In this document: positions 26,266 through 39,320 of the stretch, piece by piece
Numbering within the stretch: position 1 is the stretch's first letter
Layout: the number at the start of each line of letters is the position of its first letter
Position numbers and translations under genes: made by a program
DNA from: Octopus vulgaris
Lineage: Eukaryota
Direction of reading: 5' to 3'
Assembly (NCBI GenBank): GCA_951406725.2
Contig: OX597825.1
Coordinates: 9,982,001-10,046,000, forward strand
Length of the DNA stretch: 64,000 bases
Notes under the pieces: model-generated
The model's input: only the letters and a program-made list of their open reading frames with translations
Told to the model about the DNA's origin: nothing
Databases searched by the model: none

Positions 26266-28499
26266 ACAATGTCCAGTTCAAGGAGGAATGTTATGCTCTC
26301 GGTCAGTTATACGCCTTGGAAACCAGGTAATCGATCCAATGAGTTTCAGAACACAAAACAATAACCTCCAGATGTCCAAATATTTATGATGAGGATATTA
26401 ATTGGTGCATTTATTATTTGAGAACTTATTTTAATCGTTAGCACACCGGACAAAATGCTTAAACGTCATTTCAACCGGCTTTACGTTCTGAGTTCAAACT
26501 CCACCGAGTTCGACTTTGCTTTTCATCCTTTCGGAGTAGACAAAAGAAGTCCCTGTTGAGGAGAGGGGTCGATGTAACCGACTGGCCTCCTCCCACAAAA
26601 TTTCAGGCTTTGTGTCTATTGTAGAATAGATTATTTGCTTAAAGTATGCATTTTCTACTTAGGTAGTAATTTATAAGACTATTAAAACTATTGCCTTACT
26701 TAAGGGGTCAAGTGCATATAATGAGGTTGTGTAAATTTATTGCTCAACTCACAGACATAAGCGGATGAAGTAAAATAAATTACACAACTCAAAGGTATTT
26801 TGTCAAAACATTCTAACCTGATTTGAAGTTTTATTTTTGTTCGTTGTTTGACATGCTGAATCCAAACATGGAGTCCATTTTTTATCATCACGTCTAAATT
26901 TCAAGATACCCAAGTGTGTGATATGCATGTACTTTAAAATAGTCAGTTTTCTCCTGGGGCAACGAAGTGAATACACCAAATATCTACGGATGTCATTTTC
27001 AGATTCCGTGAGTCAAAAACCCTTAGTTTTAAGTCCAAAATTTTTGACAACAGAGGAAAAACTTTTTTGTTGGCCTATCTTATCTTCCAGTGGAATCGAA
27101 ATCATGTCACAGGATCTTGCTTCTGTATCTACAGCGCTCCAGACACTTCCTTAAAATGTTTTCTTTGTTGTAAAGACAGTGAAACCTTAAGTTTTGGTTG
27201 GTAGGATAAATGGGGCCTACGATGATGTTCATATTTATTTCATCCACTATAAACAATGTAAATGAATTATTACCGACCGAGAATCGAAACTGAGTCACAG
27301 GGGAATTTCTTATTGCTCAAAGGTGTTGCCTCTTCTCTCATGAACAATTAAGAAATGGCTTATTTGCATATTATTGAAATGTGGTGAATGTCTCGGTATG
27401 TTTAATTCCCTAATGAATATAATTCGTATTTCCACATATAATTGCATTACAAATTGACTGCGTAATTAATGTAGAAGAAAGATTCATCTCCATACACAGT
27501 CTTGAGAACAATTATAATTTCATTCTCTCCAAGGGAAATAATCGATGCTTAAACAGTGTTTTGTTACATTTTGTTCGGTGGTGGTGGCTCAATTTGGTCT
27601 CTTTTTATTAATCGTAACAAAGAGCAGACTATTACGCCTCGCAGCCATCGATTTTGCATTCTCGGCGAAATAGTTGCTGCTAATGTCTCTAGTTTAAAGA
27701 AATATTTTTAATAGCTTCATTAATTTATTGATTTATTTCGATTCTCAATGCCTCCAAAGTTCCAATCAGCTTATGAAAGACGGTGATTAGATCTAGGTTC
27801 CAGGATATGAAAATAAAGTTAACTCTCGCGGGTTTTGAACTTGAATCTCAAAGAGATCAAACTAAATGCATTTAAATGATACTTTATTTTGTTGGCTATT
27901 TCTACCCCTTTTATCAGTCATCAAGGTTTCCTATACAGGCAAAAGGTCGGTGTTTTACGAATAGGAAAAGTAAAGACAATTTTACAGTTTATAGGGATTA
28001 TCATTAAGGCAGCGAACCGGCAGAATCGTTAGCACACCGGGAGAAATGCTTAGCGGCATTTCGTCCGTCTTTGCATTCTGAGTTCGACTTTACTGTTCAT
28101 CCTTTCAGAGTCGATAAAATAAGCACCAGTTGAGTACTAGATTCGATGTAATTGACTTACCCCTCACCCGAACTTGCTAGCCTTGTGTCAAAAATTTGGG
28201 ATCTTTACCTTTTGACCTACAGATTTAAAATATATTTTTTTGTAACTAAACACTTTCAAACTTCGGACACTGGTAGAATGTGTCATATAAAACATCTTTT
28301 ACTCTTAGCATTTTTGAGAAAAACTTATATTTACGAAGTTATTTCACGTTAAAGTTGTCCTATTTCGGTAATTTCAACCAATCAATGACGTGTATTCAGC
28401 TGAATAAAGTTACTGCTGTTGTTTGTCAACAAGAACTTCCGGCGGTGTATATTTCGTTTGTCCGACCGTCCCATAGGTCTCCCCTTTGAGAAACACTGA

Positions 28500-28748
28500 T
28501 TTAACCTAAATTTGAGACACCAGCAGAAGAAGAAATAAAGACAGACATTTTTTCTATTCCAAAAAATGCTTTATCGATCGCATTCTCACCTGGAATCGAT
28601 TTTTGTAATTTTTTCAAGACTTATACATGCCCTGATATTGTCGGTATCTACATATCAAATTTGAGCGCAATCGGATGGAGGATGCCCGAGATCCTAGAAG
28701 ACACACACACACACAGACAGACAGAGGGAACGGATTTTATATAATAGA
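28500..28748 (-). mobile_element. Helitron-like 5' end
   Basis: Minus strand A|TCTATTATATAAAATCC followed by (GTCT)n/(GT)n, like the element at 62710. Confidence 0.45.
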
Positions 28749-29499
28749 TGAGGGAGATTTGTTTCTTTTTGTGGTAGGTTGAGCAACTATGCAAATAGTC
28801 TCCGTTGGTTCTAAAAATAAGATTTTTTATCGAAAAAAAGCCAAATCTTTAAGTATAAAAAATTTCTCTTAATTTGTTCATTTGTCACACAAAGAAATTG
28901 AATAAAAAGCTTTCCTGAAAAACTTGCTGATGCGGAACATTTTTGTAAGTTTATAGACACTCTTAAGAAAAAAAAAAAAACGATTTGTCCATCCATCTTG
29001 TAGAATTGTTTAAATATCCCCAAAACTTATTCAATTCTTTAATCTTAGTATTGTATTGCTTTTTTTTTGCTTTTTCTTGGCCTGATCGAGTCTAGCAATG
29101 ATCTAAATTATTCTGCCATGACCAACTTATTTTACTTTCAGGCATCATATATCTAATATATTATCCTCGCTTTCTTGAACAGTAGAGAATTATTGAAGGA
29201 AGATTTAGCCGCTGTTTCTAGCAGCTTACGCTACCATGTAGAAGCGCTAACATTTCCCCCCATTTCTAATATTTATGGTTTATAAGTTCAAAGACAGGAC
29301 GCAAACAGCGCTTAATGGTTAAGATGTTCTCTTCGAAATCCTGAGCCGTAAGTTTAATCCCACACGGTAGCACCTCTGTCATCAAGTATATTTTACCTTA
29401 ATCTCAGATTGACCCAAATTTTGTGATTGAAATTAGGTGGCTAAAAACTGTGTGGAGTCTCGTCAGCTGTATTGTTCCTGAAATTCTAAGATCCAGTCT

Positions 29500-29744
29500 A
29501 TTTCTTTACTACCCACAAGGGGCTAAACACCAGGGGCTAAACACAAAGAGGACAAACAAGGAGAGACAAACGGATTAAGTCGATTACATCAACCCCAGTG
29601 CGTAACTGGTACTTATTTAATCGACCCGAAAGGATGAAAGGCAAAGTCGACCTCGGCGGAATTTGAACTCAGAACGTAACGGCAGACGAAATACCGCTTG
29701 GTATTTCATCCGGCGTGCTTAACGATTCTGCCAGCTGGCCGCCT
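29500..29744 (-). mobile_element. Full-length SINE family A with 21-bp TSD
   Basis: TSD TGAAATTCTAAGATCCAGTCT at 29479-29499 and 29745-29765. Confidence 0.92.
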
Positions 29745-29829
29745 TGAAATTCTAAGATCCAGTCTCGTCATGTATTGTATTAAAGGTGCAAACGTCTACG
29801 GAATACTCACCCACTTACATGTTAATTAG

Positions 29830-30778
29830 GTTTCAAATTTTGGCACTAGGCCAGCGATTTCGTCGAAGGGGTAAGTCGATAACATAGAGATTCCAGTGAT
29901 CAACTGGTACTTACTTTATCGACCCCGAAAGTATGACACCGGGGTCGGGTGTCGAAAAGTAAAGTCGACGTCGGCGGAATTTGAACTCAAAACGTAAAGC
30001 GGGACGAATAACCCCCAGACGTTTCGCCCAGCGTGGTAACGATTCTGCCAGCTAGGGGAGGGGGGGCAGTCGATTAGATCGACTCCAATACGCAAATAGG
30101 CAAAGTCGACCTCAGTGGAATTTGACCTCAGAACATAAAGAAAGACGCAATACCGCGAAGCATTCCACCCGGCGTGCTAACGATTCTTTTTCTATTCAAG
30201 GCACAAGGCCTGACATTTTTGGAGAGGGGGCCAGTCGATTAGATCGACTCCAGTACGCAACTGGTACTTAATTTATCGAATTCGAAAGGATGAAAGGCAA
30301 AGTCGACCTCGGCGGAATTTGAACTCAGAACGTAACGGCAGACGAAATACCGCTACGCATTTCGCCCGGCGTGCTAACGTTTCTGCCAGCTCACCGCCTT
30401 TCCTCACATGTTTATTTAACGAGTAAATAGTTCAGTTAAACAACGGAATGCTCATCGTGGAGAGTGGTGAAGGATCCATCTTTTTCAGACTTATTACTGC
30501 TCGACTGTATACAACTAAACTAATCTGAAAACTTATGGAGATCATCAATTCCTAGCTTCTCTCTTCTAAATATCTCGGGCCTCATAACGAGATAAACTAT
30601 AAGATTTATTATCGACACTTAGGTCCTTAATGTCTGAGATTTGAATTATTTATTTAATGCACTTGACATCACTGCTTCAAGTTGCCGTTGATAAAGTAAA
30701 TATATATACCGTAGGAAATGACATATTACACTACTACCGCTACTACTATACACGTATATGTGTGTATACTCTGTATAT

Positions 30779-30863
<85 letters not shown>

Positions 30864-31483
30864 CATATATACACATATATACACACACAAACAAGAGAGA
30901 AAATACTCATTACATATTGGCTTCATATTTTGGTACAAGGCCAGCAATAGTTCGAGGTGGGTTGTAAGTCGATTACATCGACCCCAGGGCTAAACTGGTG
31001 CTTGTTTTAACAATTCCGAAAAGATGAAAAGCAAAGTCCACCTCGGCGGAATTTGAACTCAGAACGTAAAGTCGGACGAAATGTTGCTAAGCATCTTAAA
31101 GGTACTGAATATCTTTTGTCACCATCTTAGAGGTACTGAATACATATTGATTTCACATTTTGGCACAAGACTAGCAATTTCGGGAGACCGGGTAATTCGA
31201 TTACATCGACCCCACCCCACCCCCAATGCTCAACTGGTTCTTATTTTAGCGTCCTCGAAAAGATGAACGGCAAAGTCCACCTCGGTAGAATTTGAACACA
31301 GAGCGTAAAAGAAGATAAAATACTTATTTCTTTACTACTCACAAGGGGCTAAACACAGAGAGGACAAACAAGGACAGACACACGGATTAAGTCGATTATA
31401 TCGACCCCAGTGCGTAACTGGTACTTAATTTATCGATCCCGAAAGGATGAAATGCAAAGTCGACCTCGGTGGAATTTGAACTG
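29830..31483 (-). mobile_element. Cluster of six or more co-oriented SINE family A copies/fragments
   Basis: Repeated AAAGTC.AC.TCGG.GGAATTTGAAC at ~29960, 30100, 30300, 31035, 31270, 31455. Confidence 0.85.
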
Positions 31484-31944
31484 ATATGAATAAGTGTCTT
31501 TTACAACAGCCTCGGGTCGACCAATACTTTGTGAGTAAATTTTGCATACGGAAACTGAATGGAAGCCCGTCTTGTGCGTACGTGTATGTTTGTGTTTGTT
31601 TTCACCACCGTTTTGTAATTGGTATCGGATTGTTCCCGTTCCCATAACCTAGCGGTTTGGCAAAGTGTCCAACAGAATAAGAACCAGAAAAATAAGGAAT
31701 AGGGTCGATTTATTCGACTAAAATTCTTCAAGGTAGTGCTCCAGCATAGCCGCAATCCAATGACTCAAACAAATAAAAGGTGAAGAAAGTAAAATACTCA
31801 ATAGAATTCGGAGCTTCGCAAACACTGAAAAATTTTCATTAAATCAGGTATTTTTAAAATTTCAAGAATCTCATGCCAAAAGTAGCATTTCCCATTCAAA
31901 GTCAGAAAATAAATCAACTATGACCCGTTGCTGACTCTCTATGT

Positions 31945-32132
31945 CAGCAGTTCTCAACTGTGGCCCTCAAGGCCGCATGCAGCCTTCAAACATCCTCTGG
32001 CGGCCAACGACGGTCTTCTTCCTATAGATATAATAAATTCTTTTTATTTGATTTGTGTTTTACCATTTTTTGGTGCAGCCCCCGAACAGGTTTTAGATCT
32101 GGGCCAGACATTAAAACGGTTAAGAACCCCTG
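31945..32132. mobile_element. hAT/Charlie-like MITE
   Basis: Termini CAGCAGTTCTCAAC / GTTAAGAACCCCTG; GGCCGCATGCAGCC subterminal motif; partial CTCT flank duplication. Confidence 0.6.
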
Positions 32133-32304
32133 CTCTGTAAAGTGCTCTCAGTTTCCGAAGGATGGTTTTGCTACACACAGTCCGGAATGCATGAGAAAAT
32201 CTTTAGGCTGACTGTTAATCTTCATTCGTCAGTACGTTACAACCAGTTTTCTATGTACACAATATATCCCTGCCTTTGTCTCTTCTACAATAGCTACAAT
32301 GATT

Positions 32305-32505
32305 AGGGGAAGTTTACGAAAAAAACAAAAGATGAAGACAGGTGATGTACAAAACAAACAGATGTATTAGTATAACGCTCAGGAATAGGAAAAGTCTTTT
32401 ACGTTTCGAGCCTACGCTCTTCTACAGAAAGGGACACAGAAAAAACAAGGAGAGAAACAAGGAGAGAAAAAAATGTGTGTAGTGGCTAACGATCTATCAT
32501 GGCGA
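32305..32505 (-). mobile_element. ~200-bp HHR-bearing element related to 23354-23560
   Basis: Minus strand: pyrimidine tract, HHR-like motif, CCTGAGCGT, T-rich tail; similar tail fragment at 13895-13948. Confidence 0.65.
32396..32431 (-). ncRNA. Minimal hammerhead-like motif (A6U variant)
   Basis: CUUU-CUGUAGA-A-GAGC-GUAG-GCUC-GAAAC-GUA-AAAG: perfect stems I and II, stem III only possible as a dimer through palindromic ACGU. Confidence 0.6.
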
Positions 32506-33717
32506 CTTACCTGTATTACTAGATGTTACCGACTTCAAAGCTTACTTGTTTCCCCTTACTTTTCTTCTATTTCCCTCGTAAAATCTGTGCTAACTTTACC
32601 CAAACATTCTAGCGTAGACCCACCCACCACTTTAAGGAACTTTCCCGCCTCCGTTCTCCTCATTTTATACATTGACCTGCGGACTTTCCAACCAAACATC
32701 AATAGTTTTATTTCCACTTAGTCTTGTAGGCTTTGTAGAAACTATGGCACCACCCTGCTTTCCTAATAAAGATAGACTTGACATGTTACAACAGTCAATT
32801 TCTTTCATAACTGATTATTGTGGGCATAATTAAGCCATGGCTCGCACGTCTGCAAGTATTTTGGCGATACACAACCAACAGTAGCCTGAAGTACATTAGA
32901 GCATCTCCAGTTTGTTTGATTTCTTTTATACAATTCTTCTTTCAACAACATTACCATTTTATTTCCTTCACTTTCTAAACATAATGATTAATCGATGAAA
33001 GTATCTCGGTGCAACGACAGCAGTCCGTAATTCCATAGATTCCTTCTTTAAACATCAGATTAAATCCGAGCCAATCAGTCAACAGAGCCATTGATTGCTG
33101 CCGTCTTATTCTGTGAATTAACAACTTTATTATAGTTTAAGGATAGTAGAGAAATAGTTCGACTTACATTTTTGGATCGATTTATGTTTAGCTTTTCGTT
33201 TCTACTTTTTATTGATCTTGCTCTATTTCTTTTAATGCATAATTGGACCAGAAACGATGTAATTAGGGCAGATTATGGAATGTACAAACATAAGGACATA
33301 GCCGCACGCACACAGACAAGCATAGGTACACGCACACGCTCGCAGGCAAGCACGCACGTACGCACGCAGAGTCTGTTTTCACATAATTTTTACAGAACAC
33401 GTTATCAGCCCTCCCTAAATCCAAGCAGCTCATGAATATTGCAGAACAATTATGTATGCGTGTTCCGGTGATATTTCTGGTTTCCTCATTTGAGAAAAAT
33501 CTCATGAACACCGAAAGATACAAATATGAACGGTAGCATTATATAATCTTCTCTACTCTAGGTACAAAGCCCCAAATCTGGGTGGGGCAAAGTCGGCCTC
33601 GGCGGAATTTGAACTCAGAACGTAAAGACAGGCGTGCTAACGTTTCTTATTTCTTCATTGCCCACAAGGGGCTAAACACAGAGGGGACAAACAAGGACAG
33701 ACAAAGGGATTAAAATG

Positions 33718-33990
33718 TCATTCATCTATGTAAGTAACATTACAATCAACACATTGTTGCCATCGAGTTACAAGTTTGTTTATTCCGGTAACACAAAAAT
33801 CTGGATTTCTGGAACTGATGAACTCTTTGAACGCCCTTTCAACATCGGTTTGATTTTTTGAACTCCTCTCGCAGGAAGCCATCAAGGTACTTGAAATAGT
33901 GGTAGTCGGTAGGAGAAATGTATGGGGAATAAACTGGGTGGGGAAGAACTTCGTAGCCAAGTCCCCTCAACTTCTGAAATATCATTAGTG
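33718..33990 (-). pseudogene. Mariner transposase C-terminal remnant
   Basis: LPHPVYSPYISPTDYYYFKYLDGFL / KNQTDVERAFKEFISSRNPDFCVTGINKLVTRWQQCVDCN matches the YSPDLAPxDY..GIxKLxxRWQKCV mariner motifs; frameshifted. Confidence 0.9.
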
Positions 33991-34044
33991 AAACATCGTG
34001 AGTTGCAGTGTGTTGCTGAATGAATATGTATTTCTCGAGAGAGT

Positions 34045-34490
34045 CTATTATTGCACATGAAGTTTTAACTGTATTGGTCTTTTACAAATAATAACTGCAA
34101 TAGTTAAATACTGAGAGAGACATATTCTGCTTGGAGTTTACTGATATAGCAATCTGTGGCTGGCCCATCATAACTGAAAACAATTGTGCTATATTCGTGT
34201 CGGGGAAGATTCCTGTCGACTATCGGCCATCTGCCTTAACCGTCTGGTTGTGGTGAGAGTGTGGACACAACTTGCAACTGCCTCAACATTTGGCACTTTG
34301 TCTCAGCCGTTTACGGGGTCCGTCTGGCTAGAGTGGAAACGTATATCGCTCAGACGTCTTCTCACGCTCTGCAATTATTTACCGCCAAAAGCGGTTTCAT
34401 ATAGAGTACGAGCAGAAAATTCTAGAAAATTGCATCACGTGATGGCTTGACGCTGATTGGTTGCTTAATAGACCGATCACGTGAAAGTAT
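34045..34490. repeat. Old dispersed repeat, inverted second copy at ~38455-38825
   Basis: ACTGATATAGCAATCTGTG, GCTATATTCGTG, ACCGATCACGTGAAA present in reverse complement in the second copy. Confidence 0.7.
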
Positions 34491-34689
34491 TGACGTTTGC
34501 ACGTGATGTTTGACTGATACACGTCTAAAACATAGCAAAGAGATTCAAAGTGATGATTCACTGCGTATCCAGGAATATGTATAAAAGAAAATAATTCTGG
34601 ATAAGAAATTACTGCGACTAAAGACAAAAAAAAATAAAAAGACAGTGGCTGGAATTTTTGTGGTTGTTGGGGTGATGTTAATCCAGTCT

Positions 34690-35560
34690 ATTGCAATGGC
34701 GACGTTTCTCTCTTGACATCGTAGACGTGTAGCCAAGTTCCAGCAACTGCAATGACAAATTTCCTATTTGCATTCGAACGATAAACAGTTTTTCATTTTA
34801 ATTGAGCCCCGATTCTCTTTTTCTTCATCTGTCAACAATTCTTAACAGCAACACGATGCGTCTTCATGTATTCAATTAAAACCATATAGAAAGCACTTTT
34901 ACAGGGGCCTACTTTTCTAAAAACTTTACGAACACACTGGTAAACGACTTTTTTTTTGTGGAGGCGCAATGGCCCAGTGGTTAGGGCAGCGGACTCGCGG
35001 TCATAGGATCGCGGTTTCGATCGCGGTTTATTGAGCGAAAACACCAAAAAGCTCCACGAGGCTCCGGCAGGGGATGGTGGTGATCCCTGCTGTACTCTTT
35101 TACCACAACTTTCTCTCACTCTTACTTCCTGTTTCTGTTGTACCTGTATTTCAAGGGGCCGGCCTTGTCACTCTCCGTGTCACGCTGCATATCCCCGAGA
35201 ACTACGTTAAGGGTGCACGTGCCTGTGGAGTGCTCAGCCACTTACACGTTAATTTCACGAGCAGGTTGTTCCGTTGATTCGGATCAACCGGAACCCTCAT
35301 CGTCGTAACCGACGGAGTACTTCCACAAACGAATTTTTACGAATAACAGGCTGCACTTTCGCAATGGGCTGACGTTCGCAGTCTGGAAGGTCGGACACGT
35401 TTGAGATTGTCTTCAATCGATGACCTTTCTGATTTGAAATGCTATTCATGATAACACAGCCCCAAACAATCTTCCTGTAGAACCATCGCAGCGTTTGATC
35501 AGTCGAATTTTAATTCGGAACAGAATATCGCACAAACAAGCTTCTCTTCCAAAATGAATT
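34690..35560 (-). pseudogene. Highly decayed mariner transposase remnant split by a SINE
   Basis: VLIEYMKTHRVAVKN resembles the mariner IL.E.L.MRRVAAK motif; flanks join across the SINE TSD. Confidence 0.45.
34958..35326 (+). mobile_element. SINE family C (tRNA-derived head), near full length
   Basis: GGAGGCGCAATGGCCCAGTGGTTAGGGCAGCGGACTCGCGGTC A-box/anticodon-like arm, GGTTTCGAT B-box; TSD-like AAACGA(C/A)TTTTT at 34942-34953 and 35327-35338. Confidence 0.85.
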
Positions 35561-35740
35561 CGCTGTTCAAAATGTTCACTCTAGCATGTGTGATAGATGA
35601 CTAACTAATGTACCATGATGTGGTTAGTATTAGACTGAAGGTCAAAACCACTTAGACACAGAACAGCTGTCACCATCACGCTGCACCGGCTGGTGTTTTA
35701 ACAGACGAAATTCTTTTTGGACAAAATTCATATATATATG

Positions 35741-35813
<73 letters not shown>

Positions 35814-35931
35814 ATATATATACTTTATTTAAAGCACCAGAAAATTCAACAAAACCTGTTACTCTGAGTCTCACGTTTCCGTATTTGAGTACTCTTTTTT
35901 CCACCTTGTTTCACATTTATGTGTTTACTCC

Positions 35932-36006
<75 letters not shown>

Positions 36007-36009
36007 TAG

Positions 36010-36519
36010 AAACATTACATTTCTAAATATCTCAGAGAGATATGAGCGGTGGTGGAACGATAGAGCGGTTGTATACTGTCAACATAACGTGACAGTCCCG
36101 TAAAGGGAATCACACCACCGCTGTTTAACCCTAGGAAGCATCGACACTTCCTGTCGGCTTTGACACATTTCCTATGACCTTATATTTGCGAAGATATTTA
36201 GAAATTTAATATTTCTAATTTTGGTGATCTGTGAATAAACTTCACTGAAAATATATATATATATTTGCGAAGGCTTTAGAAGCATCTTCAGCTAGCAGGC
36301 CATGATACTCTAGCCTGAGGACGAGCAATACTCAGAAACGTGCATGTCTCTAGATGCTGGCCTAGCTGTTAAGGGTGCTTGTCTCCCCTTCGCAAATACA
36401 AGGACACAGGAAATGTGTCAAAGCCGACAGGAAGCGTCGATGCTTCCTAGGGCTAAACAGCGGTGGTGTGATTCCCTTTACGGGACTGTCACGTTAAGTT
36501 GACAGTATACAACCGCTCT
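36010..36519 (+). mobile_element. Second copy of the 352-nt HHR family as a fold-back (132-bp arms, HHR in the spacer)
   Basis: Arms 36062-36193 and 36388-36519; sequence homologous to 3411-3930; flanked by TA/GT microsatellites. Confidence 0.85.
36309..36354 (+). ncRNA. Type I hammerhead ribozyme
   Basis: UCUAG-C-CUGAGGA-C-GAG-CAAUA-CUC-A-GAAAC-GUGCAU-GUC-U-CUAGA; positionally homologous to 3631-3677 with compensatory stems. Confidence 0.8.
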
Positions 36520-36541
36520 CACACACTCTTTTTCTCTCTCT

Positions 36542-36583
<42 letters not shown>

Positions 36584-36683
36584 ATATATAAGTTAGGATA
36601 ATATCGATATTTAAATATCGATATTATCAAGTAACCAACATGGGAAAAATACCATACAAAGGTAATAATTTTCTACAACTAAT

Positions 36684-36799
36684 AATAAGGGTGTCTGAGA
36701 GACACCACCATGCCGAAATAGCAGTCAAATCCCCGACTCTAAAAACCAAGGGATTTGACTGCTATTTCGGCATAGTGGTGTCTCTCAGACACCCTTATT
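36684..36799. repeat. 50-bp hairpin (49/50 matched, 16-nt loop)
   Basis: 36684-36733 vs 36750-36799; GAAATAGCAGTCAAA motif shared with the arms of the neighbouring element. Confidence 0.9.
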
Positions 36800-36837
36800 T
36801 TAAGTTATATATATATATATATATATATATTAATAAT

Positions 36838-37559
36838 AATATAGGGTGAAATTAATTAATTTGGAATAATCATTAATTTCACCAAGTAAATTTCGGCATG
36901 TAAAAGCCCCATTCAAGGAAGGCTTAAGTAATACTAAGTAATTAATGGTTTAGCAACGATTTGCCTCACCACACACCGAATTTAGAAATAGCAGTCAAAG
37001 AGTTATGGCTATTCTTTCTACTTAAAAGGGAGATCCCAGTAAAACCACAGCACTTAAAAGGCAAACAACGCAGGCAAGAGAGAAAGAAATGACGACAATC
37101 ATTCTACATTAAGTCACCTACGGACGTACTTTTCGAAATTAAGTCATAGAAAAGCATAAAAATTAAATAATTATGTCTTACCTAACTATTTTTCTCTTCA
37201 GCGTAGGACTCTTCAATTATAAATAATTGTGTATTAAATTTGGAGGCACTAGAAGACATCACCTCAACTCATGGTATCATTACCAGTACCACCAAATTCA
37301 AAGGGTGAATGAAAGTATGTCACCATCCTCCTCCCACCAGCGTGCTGCCAGAATAAGATGCCACGGTTATTTACTGGGATGAAATATAATTATCAATATT
37401 AATATTTCTTTCTCTCTTGCCTGCGTTGTTTGCCTTTTAAGTGCTGTGGTTTTACAGGGATCTCCCTTTTAAGTAGAAAGAATAGCCATAGCTCTTTGAC
37501 TGCTATTTCTAAATTCGGTGTGTGGTGAGGCAAATCGTTGCTAAACCCTTAATTACTTA

Positions 37560-37563
<4 letters not shown>
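36838..37563 (-). mobile_element. Fold-back HHR-bearing element (160-bp arms, 313-bp spacer) in (TA)n
   Basis: Arms 36931-37090 and 37404-37563 near-perfect reverse complements; bounded by (TA)n on both sides. Confidence 0.85.
37117..37207 (-). ncRNA. Type I hammerhead ribozyme with ~60-nt extended stem II
   Basis: CCUACG-CUGAAGA-GAAA..(AU-rich imperfect hairpin)..UUUC-GAAA-A-GUAC-GUC-CGUAGG; 6-bp perfect stem I; stem III one change from palindromic ACGUACGU. Confidence 0.72.
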
Positions 37564-37603
<40 letters not shown>

Positions 37604-38914
37604 TTAATTAATTAATTACTATACCATATTATGGTTGTAATTTATCTCCTCTACAATAATTCCAACCGATATATAATGCATATCTACATACATCGGTCTG
37701 ATATATATATATATATATATATATATCAAATATAAAAAACGTACATGGAAAACAAGAAAAGGACGTACACAGAGACCAATACAAACACACACAAGCATAT
37801 TACACATGCACGCACACACACACACACTCACACACATACACAAAGCACAATGATGGTGGTACACATTTCCTTTGTACCGTTTATCAGAAAATGATTCCTT
37901 CCGTTTATTCTCCATTGCTTAATTATTCATCATTTATTTGTTAGGCCTTGGAAATTCAACGGAAAACATGACATTACTCTTTTACAACAGATTTCCTTTG
38001 ATTAATCGACCCGCCTCCACCGCCACCACGAGTCCTTAGAATAAACAAAGAACTACCACCAACGCAGGAATCAACAACATCACACCAGCCGCAAAGAAAC
38101 AGATGTCATCACTGCCGCCATCACCACAACCGTTATTGACTAATAGCACCATTAACCAAGACCACCACTCCAATAACAAAGAAACAAAAGTTACCACCAA
38201 CTAGCATCACAAAAGACCGTGACCAAATGTAACAATTATATTTTGAATGTTGAAAATTACGAAGAGAATGGCCACGTTCAGTTTTCCCAAGAGTTGAATG
38301 ACAAATTTTAAAAATATAGATTTTAGTAAAATAAAAAGGACAATTCTCCACTGCCATCTTCGTAGCACTACCACTACGTCCATTACCACTGCAGCGGTGG
38401 TTCGAAACCTAACCGCTTGATAACCTGCCATCCATCACGACTAAACCACAGTAGTTTCACGTGATCGGTTTATTAAGTAACCAATTAGCATCAAGCCACC
38501 GCGTGATTCGATTTTATAGAATTTTTACTCCTTGCGCCATTTAAAAAGGTGAGTTTTAGAGGTAATCGCAGAATTTTGAGGCAGCCGCATGCGTCTTCAT
38601 TCTCACCTCAACCAGCTGATTAAGACAGATTGCAGCTAGTAGACAGGAATATTCGTTGCCACGAATATAGCGCAATTATTTTCCAGCTGTGATGAGACAG
38701 TCACAGATTGCTATATCAGTTAACTGGTCGTAAGCACCAAGCAGTATGTCCCTGTCGGTAAGCAATTATTGCTGTTAGTATTTATAAAAGAGCAAAACAG
38801 TTAAAACTCTATGTGCAATAATAAAATCTTGTTAATCGTTCGCGAGTCCTGTCAGTCACTTCTTTACAAGAAATACATTTTCATTCACCAATGCAACAAA
38901 CAGCAGCAGCAAGT

Positions 38915-39320
38915 AGAGGCGCAATGGCCCAGTGGTTAGGGCAGCGGAATCGCGGTCGGAGGATCGCGGTTTCGATTCCCAGACCGGGCATTGTGTGTGT
39001 TTATTGAGCGAAAACACCTAAAGCTCCATGAGGACCCAGCAGGAGGTGGTGGCGACCCCTGTTGTATTCTTTCGCTCCAACTTTCTCTCACTCTTTCTTC
39101 CTGTTTCTTGTCCCCGACTTCCTACGCAACCGCTGAGCCTGGATGCGCATTCATCCATCTGTTGATGCTCTCGGTGTCGAAGTTTGACCTGCTTTCTCTT
39201 CTGCAGGTCTTACGAATAGCAAAGGACCATGTTTCGGACTTCTCCCATCTTGCGAGCTCTGGGATGAAGACCGTTCACTCAACAGCAACAGCAACAGCAG
39301 CAACAACAACAGCAGCAGCA
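38915..39320 (+). mobile_element. SINE family C head with a different 3' module and (CAA/CAG)n tail
   Basis: First ~190 bp match 34958 and 44365-44665; the remainder is unrelated to them. Confidence 0.8.

Noticed and set aside
26700-27154. TTAA-flanked Kolobok/piggyBac-like element
   Set aside because: The ends are not convincingly inverted repeats
34958-35025. tRNA gene
   Set aside because: SINE head: no acceptor stem closure, continues into the SINE body and is multicopy
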